Shown piece by piece: positions 60,801 through 64,000 of a stretch of DNA of 64,000 nucleotides. Both the position numbers and the translations under genes were made by a program. Where the stretch lies: NCBI GenBank assembly GCA_009914755.4, contig CP086569.2:1216001-1280000 (forward strand), in the 5' to 3' direction. The DNA comes from the human T2T-CHM13v2.0 reference genome, Homo sapiens. Position 1 is the stretch's first letter. The number at the start of each line of letters is the position of its first letter. The notes below the pieces were generated by a model. The model saw only the letters and a program-made list of their open reading frames with translations. It had not been told where the DNA came from and searched no databases.

Positions 60801-64000
<3,200 letters not shown>

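Overview
This window is human genomic DNA. Three genes are recognised by translation, and together they match the pseudoautosomal region 1 (PAR1, Xp22.33/Yp11) segment IL3RA - SLC25A6 - ASMTL. That placement is from memory and cannot be confirmed here. It is not prokaryotic: there are no operons, CRISPR arrays or defence systems.

Genes found:
- IL3RA (CD123), plus strand. The last eight coding exons are here, from the 133-nt exon at 877..1009 to the stop codon at 30239, including a 27-nt microexon. Splice phases are consistent across all junctions.
- SLC25A6 (ANT3, ADP/ATP translocase 3), minus strand. The complete gene is here: four coding exons of 111, 487, 141 and 158 nt giving 298 codons plus stop (34371..39897). 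Its promoter sits in a CpG island carrying a duplicated CCAAT plus GC-box module. An AATAAA signal lies at 33938..33943.
- ASMTL, minus strand. Its two 3'-most coding exons (51094..51315 and 59111..59233) and its poly(A) signal are here. The gene continues beyond the window end.

Roughly 3% of the window is coding. About 40% is tandem repeats and about 20% is Alu; these percentages are estimates by eye. The unusual content is the repeat architecture:
- A 2.65-kb array of about 294 copies of a GGGGTGMGC 9-mer that begins exactly at the splice donor of the IL3RA exon ending at 14033.
- A 7.4-kb, roughly 31-copy macrosatellite with a 233-bp unit (17490..24895). The unit is the amplified 3' end of what I recognise as a MaLR/MLT1-type LTR. 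It shows an alternating 232/235-bp dimer and a recent 2.8-kb internal block duplication. A diverged sister array sits in SLC25A6 intron 2 and ends about 70 bp from the exon-2 donor.
- Two GGAT/GATA-type arrays: 0.8 kb at 43440..44262, flanked by about 60-bp inverted copies of a non-repeat motif, and 3.9 kb in the last ASMTL intron.
- Four minisatellites seeded from Alu fragments, with units of 120, 105, 41 and 35 bp.
- Several kilobase-scale polypurine or polypyrimidine mirror tracts, a 1.35-kb near-palindromic CATCATGGGTC minisatellite, a 30-bp VNTR abutting the ASMTL poly(A) site, and a CA/GACA-rich array of more than 1.8 kb at the window end.

Every long ORF in the six-frame track outside the three genes is a translation artefact of these repeats. 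Exon numbers relative to reference transcripts, allele-length variation of the arrays and repeat-family names rest on recollection, not computation. I see no evidence of a novel protein-coding system. The candidate novelties are cis-acting and structural, chiefly the splice-donor-abutting G-rich array and the LTR-derived macrosatellites.
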